Assembly (NCBI GenBank): GCA_903860135.1
Contig: CAIOPG010000011.1
Coordinates: forward strand, 320 to 64,319
Length of the DNA: 64,000 bases
Direction: 5' to 3'
DNA from: Candidatus Omnitrophota bacterium
Lineage (GTDB): Bacteria; Omnitrophota; Gorgyraeia; Zapsychrales; Fredricksoniimonadaceae
Position 1 is the stretch's first letter. Every line of letters begins with the position of its first letter. Both the position numbers and the translations under genes were made by a program. Shown piece by piece: positions 9,591-19,389 of this stretch. Below the pieces are notes generated by a model. That model saw only the letters and a program-made list of their open reading frames with translations. It was not told the origin of the DNA and did not search any database.

Positions 9591-11219
9591 TCACGGAGAA
9601 CTCCGCGCGAATCGCGCACCATAATAAATGCCTGCCGTGGCATCACGTCTTTGTTTAAATCCTGAACTGTCAGGGTCTTTGACAGCATACGTTCTGGCAG
9701 ATATCTGGAAATTCCTGATATTGGCTGTTTGAAAATCACCGCCGCGATACCCGATACCGATGGTTTTGTTAACCCCGCAGCGCGCATCGCTCATATCTAT
9801 GCCAGGCCAATCAACATTGGTCGCATTGCCTTCATGCCCAGAAAAACTGGAGAGTTCACCATCGCCGTGTGTCCCCAAAAACTGCCGGCCTTCTGCGCGG
9901 CCTATCGTGACCACAGGCTCTGCCAGATTACCTGAAAGTTCCATATTCCCGTAGTAACCGGCGCCGCTCGTCGTGCGTGAGGTGGAACTTTCAGCAAATA
10001 TCCCCGCGCGCAAAGGGCCTTTTTGCCCTTCAGCAATGCCGCCAGCACGGCCATCGCCAGACGTCCATCCCAGGGCATTGCGGTTTAAATTCACAGCACC
10101 GTCAAAAAGTGCTTCCGTACCATTCTCGTCGTCATTTGCAGGAAAAATCTGGGCGGCTTCCGCCGCATTATAACTTGTAGTTCCCCAAGCAAATTCATCA
10201 GCGACAGGATTCACGTCGACGCCTCGCGCGGCTTTTTCAAATTCAAGTTCTGTCATCGGACGTAACCCAGCCCAGTCTGCATAAGCCGCCGCATCAGGCC
10301 AGGAAACATAACTCATCGCACGGGCCGGTCTTGTCGTGATCGCTGCCTTTGAAGGAAAAAGAGGATCCCATGCCATGGTATTGCGATCAACGACACGGGT
10401 AGAATTCTTGCCCCCCTCGACAGCGGATGTTATATCCCTGGAATGTTTGGCCGCTATTGACAATGTATTAAAGAAAGCCACCCATTCGCCTTCTGTCAAT
10501 TCATACTTCATCAAATAAAAAGACTTGTACCCTTTGGGGAATGAGTTCGGCAGTAAAAAGATACTGCCTGAATTATTTTCACCGGAAGCACCTGTTGAAT
10601 CATAATAAAATCCGCCAGAAGGCGTGCTTGTCGTGGTAATGGCATTTTCACTGGAAACATACCAAGGGCTATCATCCGCTGTCCCTTTTTTAAAACGGAA
10701 GGGTGATGCGCTGGCTCCATCGCCTGCAAAGAATGCCCCTTCGGGAATATAAACCATTTCAATCCCAAAAACTTTAGTCAATGTATTGGCCGCCATAGCT
10801 GTATCGTCAGAAAGACCATCTTGGGCATAATTCCAAACAAAATGAACCCCATTGGCTTGTACATATCCTGCCGCTATATCCGTTCTGCGAAGAAAAAAAC
10901 CTTTCAAATCCTGAGGAACAAAAACCTCAACACATTGCGGAGCAATAAATCCAGCTGGATTCAAACCCGCCCCCCCCATGCTGGCATGATGCCAAGTTTG
11001 GCCTGCATCTGTTGAATACTTCATGAATATCCATGCCGCGTCATGTGACAATATTGTCCGCCAGCTGTTATTCTGCTGGATATCAACAGTAAAAGTCATC
11101 CGATGAGCAGATGATTCATTTTTATAAAGGTCAAAATGATTTAAAACAAGATTATTAGCAAAAGCAGGGATCGTGCACGAAAGGATTACAAAAACGATAA
11201 GAACAATTTTTTTTAACAT
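9591..11219 (-). CDS. Secreted protein with C-terminal FGE-sulfatase (formylglycine-generating enzyme / SUMF1-like, GldK/PorK-type) domain
   Basis: N-terminal signal peptide MLKKIVLIVFVILSCTIPAFA. Motifs WPDAAAYADWAGLRPMTELEFEKAARG, GYYGNMELSGN and YRGGDF match the FGE-domain signature. Confidence 0.7.
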   Translation of the reverse strand: MLKKIVLIVFVILSCTIPAFANNLVLNHFDLYKNESSAHRMTFTVDIQQNNSWRTILSHDAAWIFMKYSTDAGQTWHHASMGGAGLNPAGFIAPQCVEVFVPQDLKGFFLRRTDIAAGYVQANGVHFVWNYAQDGLSDDTAMAANTLTKVFGIEMVYIPEGAFFAGDGASASPFRFKKGTADDSPWYVSSENAITTTSTPSGGFYYDSTGASGENNSGSIFLLPNSFPKGYKSFYLMKYELTEGEWVAFFNTLSIAAKHSRDITSAVEGGKNSTRVVDRNTMAWDPLFPSKAAITTRPARAMSYVSWPDAAAYADWAGLRPMTELEFEKAARGVDVNPVADEFAWGTTSYNAAEAAQIFPANDDENGTEALFDGAVNLNRNALGWTSGDGRAGGIAEGQKGPLRAGIFAESSTSRTTSGAGYYGNMELSGNLAEPVVTIGRAEGRQFLGTHGDGELSSFSGHEGNATNVDWPGIDMSDARCGVNKTIGIGYRGGDFQTANIRNFQISARTYAVKDPDSSGFKQRRDATAGIYYGARFARSSP

Positions 11220-11250
11220 AGTTTTTATTCGAGGTTAAGGGTTGATCAGC

Positions 11251-12831
11251 CTACAGGCCTTCCGCCGAACGGACACCGCGCCCGCCATAGGTAGATGTGG
11301 CATCAGAGGAACTTGATGCCGCTTCACTGCGATCTGAGATCGAAAGATGTGTTGACGCGTCATTCCATGATCCACCACGAAAACCAGCACCAGCCGTTGT
11401 TGTGATACCTCGGGACACATCCATATTTAATCCTGGCCATGAGATTGAATCAGCATTGCCTTCAAAACCTGACGCCGTTGTTAACACGCCATCACCGTTA
11501 GCACGCGTAAAAACAAGCCCCGCCGACAAACCAACGGACACGGCCCATTCTTTCGCATTGCCTGAAAGTTCCATGGCACCATAACTGCCGGCACCGGAAA
11601 GAATGCGGTCGGTAGAATCCGTGGCAAAAATACCGCCACGTAAGGTGCCCCGACGATAAGCTGTTCCAAGAGCGGCGTCTCCGCCAGAAATCAACGTTCC
11701 GCCGAAATGGGCATTAGCACCATTAGTATTTGATGACTCAAGCCCATCTTCAGCACTGTTTGAAAGTGCTGTCAGTGGCTGGATGTCCGTTGTCCCCCAG
11801 GCAAATTCACCATTTACAGGGAGATAGGGACCGCGCGCCGCTTTTTCAAATTCAAGCTCAGTGATCGGCCTTAACCCCGCCCAATCGAGAAAGGCACACA
11901 AATCAGGCCAAGATAAAAACGTCATGGCTCTGTTTGGCCGCTCACTCGAGCACATCAACGGTGACCCAGCACAGGCTATTGTATTACGGTCAATCACAGC
12001 GTCAGCATTTTTATGTGATACGTTTGTAACATCATGATTGGCACGGCCCGGCGCAGATAATGAATTGATAAATTCAACCCATTGTCCTTCTGTTATTTCA
12101 TATTTCATCATATAAAATGCTTCAAACCCTTTAGGGAAAGTAGCGGGAATTATAAATGCAGAACCTGAAGCAAATTCACCGTTATTGCCTGCTGAAACAT
12201 AATAATAGGCATTTGAAGATGCGGCTGATACATTGATGGCAGACTCACTGGTGATGGGCCAAGGATTGTTATCAACACCGCCACGTTGAAACGCAGCCGC
12301 TGACGCAGCATAATCCCCGGCGTAAAACATCCCGCGTGGAACATAGACCATTTCATAAGCTGTAACAGTGGCAGTCACTTGACTTTCAGCACTTAAACCA
12401 GCTGTTTCATAATTAACAGTCAGCATCACATTCGTTGTTGCTACAGCCGAAGACATATGATTGGAAGTACGACGAATAAAAGCACCAACTTTATCGGAAG
12501 GAATCTGAATCTCAAGTTCAGTATTGGAACCGGCGGAAACACCGGCAGGATTTAAACCATTGATCGATAGCCGGCACAGCTTCTTTTCAGGTGATGCTGC
12601 GGTTACATCCTGCAAATGAACGGTAACCCAAGCCGCATCATGATTGATCTTGTTCCGCCAAGAGTTTTGCCAGGCAAGATCAAAAAAAACAGCAATAGTT
12701 TTTGAATTAGTATCTCTTGAGCCAAGATGAACATTGGTGACTTTTAAATCATTAGCCCATGCGCCAAATGAGAAAAAAACAACACAAAAGAAAAACACAA
12801 CTCCTAAAATCCCTGAAATTCTAACGCGCAT
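11251..12831 (-). CDS. Paralogous secreted FGE-sulfatase-domain protein
   Basis: Signal peptide ...FSFGAWA/ND. WPDLCAFLDWAGLRPITELEFEKAARG, GSYGAMELSGNAKEW and FRGGSW motifs. Same architecture as the upstream paralog. Confidence 0.7.
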   Translation of the reverse strand: MRVRISGILGVVFFFCVVFFSFGAWANDLKVTNVHLGSRDTNSKTIAVFFDLAWQNSWRNKINHDAAWVTVHLQDVTAASPEKKLCRLSINGLNPAGVSAGSNTELEIQIPSDKVGAFIRRTSNHMSSAVATTNVMLTVNYETAGLSAESQVTATVTAYEMVYVPRGMFYAGDYAASAAAFQRGGVDNNPWPITSESAINVSAASSNAYYYVSAGNNGEFASGSAFIIPATFPKGFEAFYMMKYEITEGQWVEFINSLSAPGRANHDVTNVSHKNADAVIDRNTIACAGSPLMCSSERPNRAMTFLSWPDLCAFLDWAGLRPITELEFEKAARGPYLPVNGEFAWGTTDIQPLTALSNSAEDGLESSNTNGANAHFGGTLISGGDAALGTAYRRGTLRGGIFATDSTDRILSGAGSYGAMELSGNAKEWAVSVGLSAGLVFTRANGDGVLTTASGFEGNADSISWPGLNMDVSRGITTTAGAGFRGGSWNDASTHLSISDRSEAASSSSDATSTYGGRGVRSAEGL

Positions 12832-12897
12832 ACCACTCCTTTATTCGCTCGGCCTTTTCTTAGGAAAAAAAGCCTTTTCCAACAAAATAGGGATTTC

Positions 12898-13761
12898 TTA
12901 TCTGGCTACATTCTGATGACCTGAAAGTTCAGGCTTATCCAATTTTGAGTCAATATGACTCCGGAGCGCAAGCCTCGCCGCGATTATCTTTTCTTCAACT
13001 AACTTTCGATCTTCGGCCTGAGGTTTTAAATAAAGATACCATTGATAATGCTTAAGGGCCGTTTCCTGATCACCCACAAATTCACCACTGACATAGGCGA
13101 GATTGTAATGGCCATCAGCATCATAAGGTGTTAGATCAACAGCCTGATAATATTCGACCGCCGCACGCTGATACTCGCCTCGTTCAAAATATACGTTACC
13201 CATATTGTAGTGCGCCCGTGCCAGTTCTTCTTTGAACTTTTCATCTTCAGGAGCAGTATCTCCACCCTTTTGAAGAACTTCACCGGCTTTCTTTTCTACA
13301 TCAAACGCTGGAATATCCGAACTCACAGCAACGGGTTGCTGTACGACTTTTCTGTGACCTAAATCCTGCGAATCCTGCAGATCTGTTTCAAACTTCTTCA
13401 TCCGCACTTCAAAAGACTCCTGCTGTTGCGATAAACCAGATTTTAAAGCTTCGATTTCCTTTGTCTGTTTCACATTCTGGTTCTCGGCACGGCGAATTTC
13501 CTTGATAAACTCTTCCCGTTCACGGCTCATCTGTTCGACACGTTTCGCCTCAAATTCCTTTTCATTGCGCACACGCTCAAGTTCTTTCTTTAACATTTCA
13601 GGGTCAGATTGGGCGCTCTGCACAACGCCTGTGCCTGCAGCTAATACGGCGGCAGGTGCTGATAGGAACAGACCACCGATGACCGTAGCGAAAAGAAAAC
13701 CAAAATTAGTAATTCTTGATGGCCTCATAGAGAACCTCTCCCCGAAGAGTTTGACGCTCAT
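12898..13761 (-). CDS. Secreted coiled-coil / TPR-repeat protein (pilus or secretin-assembly-type accessory)
   Basis: Signal peptide, E/K-rich coiled-coil segment, and a C-terminal TPR-like YNMGNVYFERGEYQRAAVEYYQAV...YNLAYV. 4-nt overlap with the upstream secretin gene. Confidence 0.5.
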   Translation of the reverse strand: MSVKLFGERFSMRPSRITNFGFLFATVIGGLFLSAPAAVLAAGTGVVQSAQSDPEMLKKELERVRNEKEFEAKRVEQMSREREEFIKEIRRAENQNVKQTKEIEALKSGLSQQQESFEVRMKKFETDLQDSQDLGHRKVVQQPVAVSSDIPAFDVEKKAGEVLQKGGDTAPEDEKFKEELARAHYNMGNVYFERGEYQRAAVEYYQAVDLTPYDADGHYNLAYVSGEFVGDQETALKHYQWYLYLKPQAEDRKLVEEKIIAARLALRSHIDSKLDKPELSGHQNVAR

Positions 13762-15353
13762 TTGTTGTAGGCCTTAGACGGCTTTATTGTCCCGTCAGGT
13801 GCCTTGTAATTTTCTTTGCCGGTTAAAATGTGCGGTGTAATAAAAATTACAATTTCTGACGAGGAAATGCTATCCGACTCGCGACTGAACAATTTATCAA
13901 TATACGGAAGGTTCATCAGGATCGGAAGGCCTTTTTTGCTGTGGATCTTGTCGTCCTTGCGCAAACCAGCCATGATAATGGTTGTTCCATCTTCAACCAC
14001 AAGGGTGGTCTCAACTTCGGTTTTATTAACCTGCGGGATACCACCGCCCTTGGAGGTGATCTTGTCAACCACTGAAGAAATTTCAGGACGTAATTTCATG
14101 GTTATCATGCCGTCATCATTAATTGTCGGTGTAACATTCAGTTTTAAACCGACATCAATAAATCTGACATCTTCACTCGTGATCGCATTGTCACCCGTAC
14201 CGGAAACCGTGGAGATAATATACGGCACGGTATCACCAATATGGATGCGAGACTCTTCGTTATTAACAGCCATGATCTTGGGATTTGAAAGCAACTTGGT
14301 ATCACTCACCTGTTCCATGGCACGAATGTTAAAGGCAAATCTGTCCGCGTTAATATTCCCTACCGCGATCTGACCAAAGCTACTGGATAAATTATCCGTC
14401 GAAGACATACCACTTTTATCAAGAAAAATATTTTTAAACTGCAGGTTGGGAGTTGCTTTGTTACTCGAAGCGATGTTCCAGTCAATGCCGGCGTCATAAC
14501 TTGGCTTGAATATGACCTGCAGGATGCGCGCTTCGATAAGAACTTCCTTCGTTGGTTCATCTAAATGACGAACGATCTTTTCAACCTCGTCTTTACGCCC
14601 GGGGAACACACGCACCACAAGCTGGTTTGAGCGTTCATCGGCGGATATCGAACCGACGGATTTCGCATCAATACGGGCACGCAGTTTGTCTGCGATAATA
14701 TTAGCTTTGGCATACTGCAAATTGTAGACCAGTGTTTCCAACGGCTGCTCAATTTCAGCGAGAACTTTCTTCATCTTGGCAATGGAATCAGGTGTATCGA
14801 TCAATACGACCGCACCGGTATCTTCATCTATAATGATCTTTCCGACATTGCTTTTCATATTGTCAAGCGCGGCAAGGACATAACTGGGTTTGGCATATTG
14901 CAAACGGAACGTAGCCACTACGGTCTTGTCGCTGAATTGTTTGCCGAACATCGCTTCATATTCAGCCCCTGTCATCACTTGAATAATATTGTTCTGGATA
15001 CTGTAAGCCAACCGGCTTGAAATCGTTACGATATCCAGCGCATCCTTGATCGCGACATTGTCAAGGAGAACCGTTGTCCGGCCATCTACCGACGGGCTTA
15101 TAACAACATTAAACTCACCCTTCATGGCAAGGAACTTGAGCACATCTACGATATTCATGTCGCGCACATCCAGCACGATCTTGCGTGCCATGCGCTCTTC
15201 AAGTATTTCTTTCGGCTGAGTAATAACAAGTGGCTTTGGTTGTTCTGGCTCTTCAGCCGTTGCCGGGCATGATCGTGCGATCGCTATCAGCAATGCCATG
15301 CCAGCGCACAATGTCAACATGATCCTGCGGGGGGAATGTGTGTGGTTTGTCAT
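13758..15353 (-). CDS. Secretin (GspD/PilQ family outer-membrane channel)
   Basis: C-terminal secretin-domain motifs GDTVPYIISTVSGTGDNAITSEDVRFIDVGLKLNVTPTINDDGMITMKLRPEISS, VETTLVVEDGTTIIMAGL and SSEIVIFITPHIL. N-terminal signal peptide. Confidence 0.85.
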   Translation of the reverse strand: MTNHTHSPRRIMLTLCAGMALLIAIARSCPATAEEPEQPKPLVITQPKEILEERMARKIVLDVRDMNIVDVLKFLAMKGEFNVVISPSVDGRTTVLLDNVAIKDALDIVTISSRLAYSIQNNIIQVMTGAEYEAMFGKQFSDKTVVATFRLQYAKPSYVLAALDNMKSNVGKIIIDEDTGAVVLIDTPDSIAKMKKVLAEIEQPLETLVYNLQYAKANIIADKLRARIDAKSVGSISADERSNQLVVRVFPGRKDEVEKIVRHLDEPTKEVLIEARILQVIFKPSYDAGIDWNIASSNKATPNLQFKNIFLDKSGMSSTDNLSSSFGQIAVGNINADRFAFNIRAMEQVSDTKLLSNPKIMAVNNEESRIHIGDTVPYIISTVSGTGDNAITSEDVRFIDVGLKLNVTPTINDDGMITMKLRPEISSVVDKITSKGGGIPQVNKTEVETTLVVEDGTTIIMAGLRKDDKIHSKKGLPILMNLPYIDKLFSRESDSISSSEIVIFITPHILTGKENYKAPDGTIKPSKAYNK

Positions 15354-15961
15354 AACTTAATCGTTATCTCCTCGTTTGCGTAACTGAAGACCGCCCTGTC
15401 GGTGTAAATAGTCTTGACCGTAACTCCCTCAAGCTTGTCGCCTTCTCTCAGAAAACGCGTTTCTTTTGTGGTGAGATTTTCCAGCATAACTGTTGCCGAT
15501 TCTGGGATATCAAGCCAGGCTACCCCCACAAACTTGTATTTCGCCATTTTTGCCTGCATGACCACACGGTCTGAAGGCAGCGCCTGTTCAGCGGCCGCAC
15601 GCTTTTCAAAAGGCTGAAAAATATTCCGGGCCGAAACTTTGCCGAGATACCAAGAGGCTTCTTTCATCCGTGGAATAGATACCGAACCTTCGTCTTGCAC
15701 CACAGGCAAGTCAACCGCAATGCGCACCTGCGCATCGAGGCGGGAACGTCCGTTAAGCAATTCCATGACCATAAAAATAAATCCTGCCACAACGGTTAAA
15801 AAAAGAACAAGGTTGATCTGGCGCAATGAAACGGCAATCCTCGACGGAGAAGATTTTTTAGGGATCGAAGCAGGGGCAACAACCAACGCAGCCTCTTTGG
15901 CTTTTTGGGTAGCCTCGATGATCTTGAGAAGTTTTTCTTCTGCGGTTTCTTTCTTGGCCAT
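15350..15961 (-). CDS. GspC/PilP-like single-pass inner-membrane protein (secretin-associated)
   Basis: Cytoplasmic basic N-terminus, one TM helix (LVLFLTVVAGFIFMVMELL), periplasmic beta-rich C-terminus. 4-nt overlap with the secretin gene. Confidence 0.4.
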   Translation of the reverse strand: MAKKETAEEKLLKIIEATQKAKEAALVVAPASIPKKSSPSRIAVSLRQINLVLFLTVVAGFIFMVMELLNGRSRLDAQVRIAVDLPVVQDEGSVSIPRMKEASWYLGKVSARNIFQPFEKRAAAEQALPSDRVVMQAKMAKYKFVGVAWLDIPESATVMLENLTTKETRFLREGDKLEGVTVKTIYTDRAVFSYANEEITIKL

Positions 15962-16058
15962 CGTCGCTGTCGTTGGTTAAATCAGTTTTATATTAACTAC
16001 TTTTTCGTTTCAAGAACATTTTTATATTAACATAGAGGAAATGCCCCGCAAGTTGTTT

Positions 16059-17036
16059 TTAAACTTTCTTAACAGACAAAAATCTGTTGCTCATTAAAGT
16101 CATCCCGCCGGCAACAAATCCCGCACTGCGCGCAAATGCCCGCAACCACATAACCGCTCCCGCAAGCACCGCCAATATTATAGATTTGAAAATTATAATG
16201 CCAAATATAAATTCAAAAACAAGAAGTGTCCCGCCGACAACGCTCAGCCATGGCCAAAAGAACACCAGCGGCCCGTGCGCCAGTGTCCATGGCACCTCAA
16301 CAGCATCTTTCCAGAATGTATACCCGTCGCCACCCATCATGCGGGGGTGCTCCCCGTACATCTTCGCGCGCCAGAACCCATGACGAAATTGCTCGCGCAA
16401 ATACCGCCTCAACGATTCCTGATGATAATGATCGACGCGGACATCGGGTAAAAAAAGAATGCGCCCTCCGCCGGCAGCAATGCGATAACTGAGGTCATTG
16501 TCTTCCCCGCTTGCCTGGCGGTAACCGGCGTTAAATCCGCCGGCAGCTTCGAACACCGCACGGCGAACAGCAAAATTATAGCTCCCGAAGAACCGCGGAT
16601 ACTGTGGCATCAGGGTGCGGTGGCGATAGATGATTTCAGCATGAATGATGCGTGCCAGCCACGCATGAGGATTGGCGATGCCATAGCTTCCCGATACAAC
16701 CGCAATATCCGGACGGTCAAAGCCCTGCATCATACCGGCAAGCCACCCGCGCTGGGGACAGCAGTCTGCATCCGTAAAAAAAAGAAACTCCCCGCCAGCT
16801 TCCCGGGCACCACGATTGCGCGCGCCTGCCGGACCGGTATTCTCCTGACGAATAAGGCGCACCTCCGGATAACGCGCCACAACATCTTTAGTCTGGTCTG
16901 TCGAACCATCATCGACCACCACCAGCTCCACAGAACCGGCATAAGCCTGCGCCATGACAGCCTCAATGGCTGAGGCGATCGTTTCCTGCGCGTTATACGC
17001 CGGGATAATGACCGTTATCCGCGCCTCAACGGGCAT
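16059..17036 (-). CDS. Family 2 glycosyltransferase
   Basis: VIIPAYNAQETI...VVVDDGSTDQT GT-A/DXD motifs. C-terminal TM segments. Confidence 0.8.
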   Translation of the reverse strand: MPVEARITVIIPAYNAQETIASAIEAVMAQAYAGSVELVVVDDGSTDQTKDVVARYPEVRLIRQENTGPAGARNRGAREAGGEFLFFTDADCCPQRGWLAGMMQGFDRPDIAVVSGSYGIANPHAWLARIIHAEIIYRHRTLMPQYPRFFGSYNFAVRRAVFEAAGGFNAGYRQASGEDNDLSYRIAAGGGRILFLPDVRVDHYHQESLRRYLREQFRHGFWRAKMYGEHPRMMGGDGYTFWKDAVEVPWTLAHGPLVFFWPWLSVVGGTLLVFEFIFGIIIFKSIILAVLAGAVMWLRAFARSAGFVAGGMTLMSNRFLSVKKV

Positions 17037-17382
17037 CTTTGCCGCCTTTCAACTGCTTTAATTCCAGCTCGAGCAAGCCGATGGCCTGCGCCATCCGGTC
17101 ATTGCGCCTGTTTTGCTGGCAAAGAAAGACAGTCATCAAAAGGCTGACGAAAACAAACGCACACAAGATGGCGAAGAAAATAAAGTTACTGGCCAGCTCA
17201 AAACCGCAAAAAGCCGAAATAGAAAAAAGAAGGTCCTTAAAGATGGAACAGACGACGCCCGTCGACGACAGAAAAAGCCACACAAAAGCATACTTGAACG
17301 TCAATCTTTCCCGACGCACAAGCTCTACGACCAGGATCAGGACGATCAAAGAAAGAATCGCGGCAAGCCACTGGATGGTCAT
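17026..17382 (-). CDS. Small DUF2304-type membrane protein (GT2-associated)
   Basis: 118 aa with three to four TM helices, sandwiched between two GT2 genes with overlapping ends. Confidence 0.5.
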   Translation of the reverse strand: MTIQWLAAILSLIVLILVVELVRRERLTFKYAFVWLFLSSTGVVCSIFKDLLFSISAFCGFELASNFIFFAILCAFVFVSLLMTVFLCQQNRRNDRMAQAIGLLELELKQLKGGKDAR

Positions 17383-18095
17383 GGTTCATATACCTTTCTG
17401 TTCTTTAATGTATGCAAAAGAATGGCACCCGATACTTTAAGCATATAATAAAATGGCTTCAGAAAAGAGATAGAACTGATCCCGGACGTGCGTGAACGCA
17501 TCACAACCGGCACTTCAATATGAGAACCTCCCAGGCGATGAACAACCATAGCGGCTTCCGGCTCGGGGAAGTCCGACGGATAATACGTCGCAAATACGCT
17601 TATAAACCGTTTGCCGCAAGCGCGGAAACCCGATGTCGGGTCCGTCACCGTACGCCCTGTCAGAAAACTAATGAGCACGCTCAGGAACCTGATGCCAACC
17701 CGGCGGAAAGCCGAAGAACGAAACCCCTGATTGCCCGCCATAAAACGACTGCCAACAGACATATCCGCGCGGCCTTCGGCCACAGGACGCACAACGTCCA
17801 ACAAAAAAACAGGGTCGTGCTGGGCATCCCCGTCCACCTGGATAGCGATATCATAGCCATGCGCCAGGGCATAACGGTAGCCGGTCTGAACAGCACCGCC
17901 GATACCCAGATTAAAAGGCAACCGCACGGCATCGGCTCCGGCAGCCGTAGCGCGCGCGAAGGTATCGTCAGAAGACCCGTCGTCGATCACCAGCACATGA
18001 ACAGGCACCGGCTGAGCCAGCACCTCGCCGACGATCGCCCCGATCGATCCCGCCTCATTAAAAGCAGGGATAATCACAAGGACTTTGGGCGTCAT
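17379..18095 (-). CDS. Family 2 glycosyltransferase (dolichyl/polyprenyl-phosphate sugar transferase-like)
   Basis: VIIPAFNEAGSI...LVIDDGSSDDT motifs. Confidence 0.8.
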   Translation of the reverse strand: MTPKVLVIIPAFNEAGSIGAIVGEVLAQPVPVHVLVIDDGSSDDTFARATAAGADAVRLPFNLGIGGAVQTGYRYALAHGYDIAIQVDGDAQHDPVFLLDVVRPVAEGRADMSVGSRFMAGNQGFRSSAFRRVGIRFLSVLISFLTGRTVTDPTSGFRACGKRFISVFATYYPSDFPEPEAAMVVHRLGGSHIEVPVVMRSRTSGISSISFLKPFYYMLKVSGAILLHTLKNRKVYEP

Positions 18096-19345
18096 CGCCG
18101 AAGCCCCCGTGACATATACAGATACTTCGCGGCCAGGTTCACCGCTTCGCTCTTACCTGTAACTGTCAAACTCTCATCAGGCATAACCCCGTCAAACGGA
18201 AACGGTCTTCCGTCGGGAAAATGTCCGCGGGCATTGACCAGTGCCAAGGTAGATCCGTCGGAAAGATCGAACATGCTTTTCAGGAGAACCTGCCCGGCTG
18301 TCTGCTCTCCCAGGACAACAGCACGCTTGTGATCTTGCAACATGCCTGAAAAAAGCTCGGCCGCACTCCCAGTCCCTTTGTTAACAAGGACAGCCACAGG
18401 CCAGTCCACCTGAAAGCGCGCCGGAATAACGGGAATATCCAGGTCTGCGCGCGGCCGTTTGCGACCTTCAAAATAAACCAGCGCTTTCCCGTTGGGCAGG
18501 AAGAATGAAGATATGGCCCGCGCCGCCAGCGGCGGACCACCTGGATTATCCCTGAGATCAAGGACAAGACCCTTGGGATTCCTGGGGCCAATCAAGCCCA
18601 GCAACCGGCTAAAATCATCCGGGGTCCCCTTATTGAACTTGGCGATCTCAAGGCAATAAATATCCGCCACACCGGTCGGACGAAGAAAAACCGTCTGTTT
18701 AAAATATTCGCGGCAAAGCACCTCGATGGTATGCGGGGCTCTGGTTTGACCGGAGAAGAAATTAATTAAAATCGTCGTGCCTTCCAAAGGATTGAGCATT
18801 TCTTTCAGCCGCGCCTCACCGAGCTTCAGGACATCCTGATCGGCTATGCGGACGATCAAGTCATTTTCTCTCATCCCCTTCTCATAGGCATCAGACCTTG
18901 GTTCAATGAAATCGATCAGCATGCCTTTTTCCGTCAGATGACCTTCGATGCCAAGATCGATCTTCTTGCCGTAGACTTCCTTGGCAAACTCCTGCGCGGG
19001 TTTCGGCGGCAGGAAACGGGAAAATTTGTCGTCTGGCTGTTTGAGCATATCGACAAGATACGCCGCACTGCGCCAGCGGATGTAATCCTGGCTCTTGCGT
19101 TGACGCAGGATACCGGGATAAATCTGCGCATCGAAAACTTCAAGGAAACGATCGAAGTCGGAACGGTTCAGTTCAAAGAAATACTGTGCTTCCATCAATG
19201 AATAGATCTCTTCAAAGAAAGGCAGGTATTGCTGGTGAGGCGGCTCTGCCGCACGGGCAACTGTGTTCAACGCCAAAGGAGAAATAAAGAAAGCGACCAT
19301 CACAATGCCGCATAGATAAGACCGTCCTGCCTGAAATAAACGCAT
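18092..19345 (-). CDS. S41 family C-terminal processing peptidase. Start likely Met at 19345 (signal peptide MRLFQAGRSYLCGIVMVAFFISPLALNTVARA), not the track start 19474
   Basis: PDZ-like region and S41 catalytic region (GTGSAAELFSG, VLVNKGTGSAAE). The track ORF extends upstream over the neighbouring gene. Confidence 0.75.
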   Translation of the reverse strand: MRLFQAGRSYLCGIVMVAFFISPLALNTVARAAEPPHQQYLPFFEEIYSLMEAQYFFELNRSDFDRFLEVFDAQIYPGILRQRKSQDYIRWRSAAYLVDMLKQPDDKFSRFLPPKPAQEFAKEVYGKKIDLGIEGHLTEKGMLIDFIEPRSDAYEKGMRENDLIVRIADQDVLKLGEARLKEMLNPLEGTTILINFFSGQTRAPHTIEVLCREYFKQTVFLRPTGVADIYCLEIAKFNKGTPDDFSRLLGLIGPRNPKGLVLDLRDNPGGPPLAARAISSFFLPNGKALVYFEGRKRPRADLDIPVIPARFQVDWPVAVLVNKGTGSAAELFSGMLQDHKRAVVLGEQTAGQVLLKSMFDLSDGSTLALVNARGHFPDGRPFPFDGVMPDESLTVTGKSEAVNLAAKYLYMSRGLRR

Positions 19346-19389
19346 AACACACCCCGCTGAAACCACATTACGATCAAAAAGAACCTTTG

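Noticed and set aside
16040-16060. Hairpin aacagacaaaaatctgtt near the end of the GT2 gene as a terminator
   Set aside because: It overlaps the last codons and stop of the GT2 CDS and has no U-tract.
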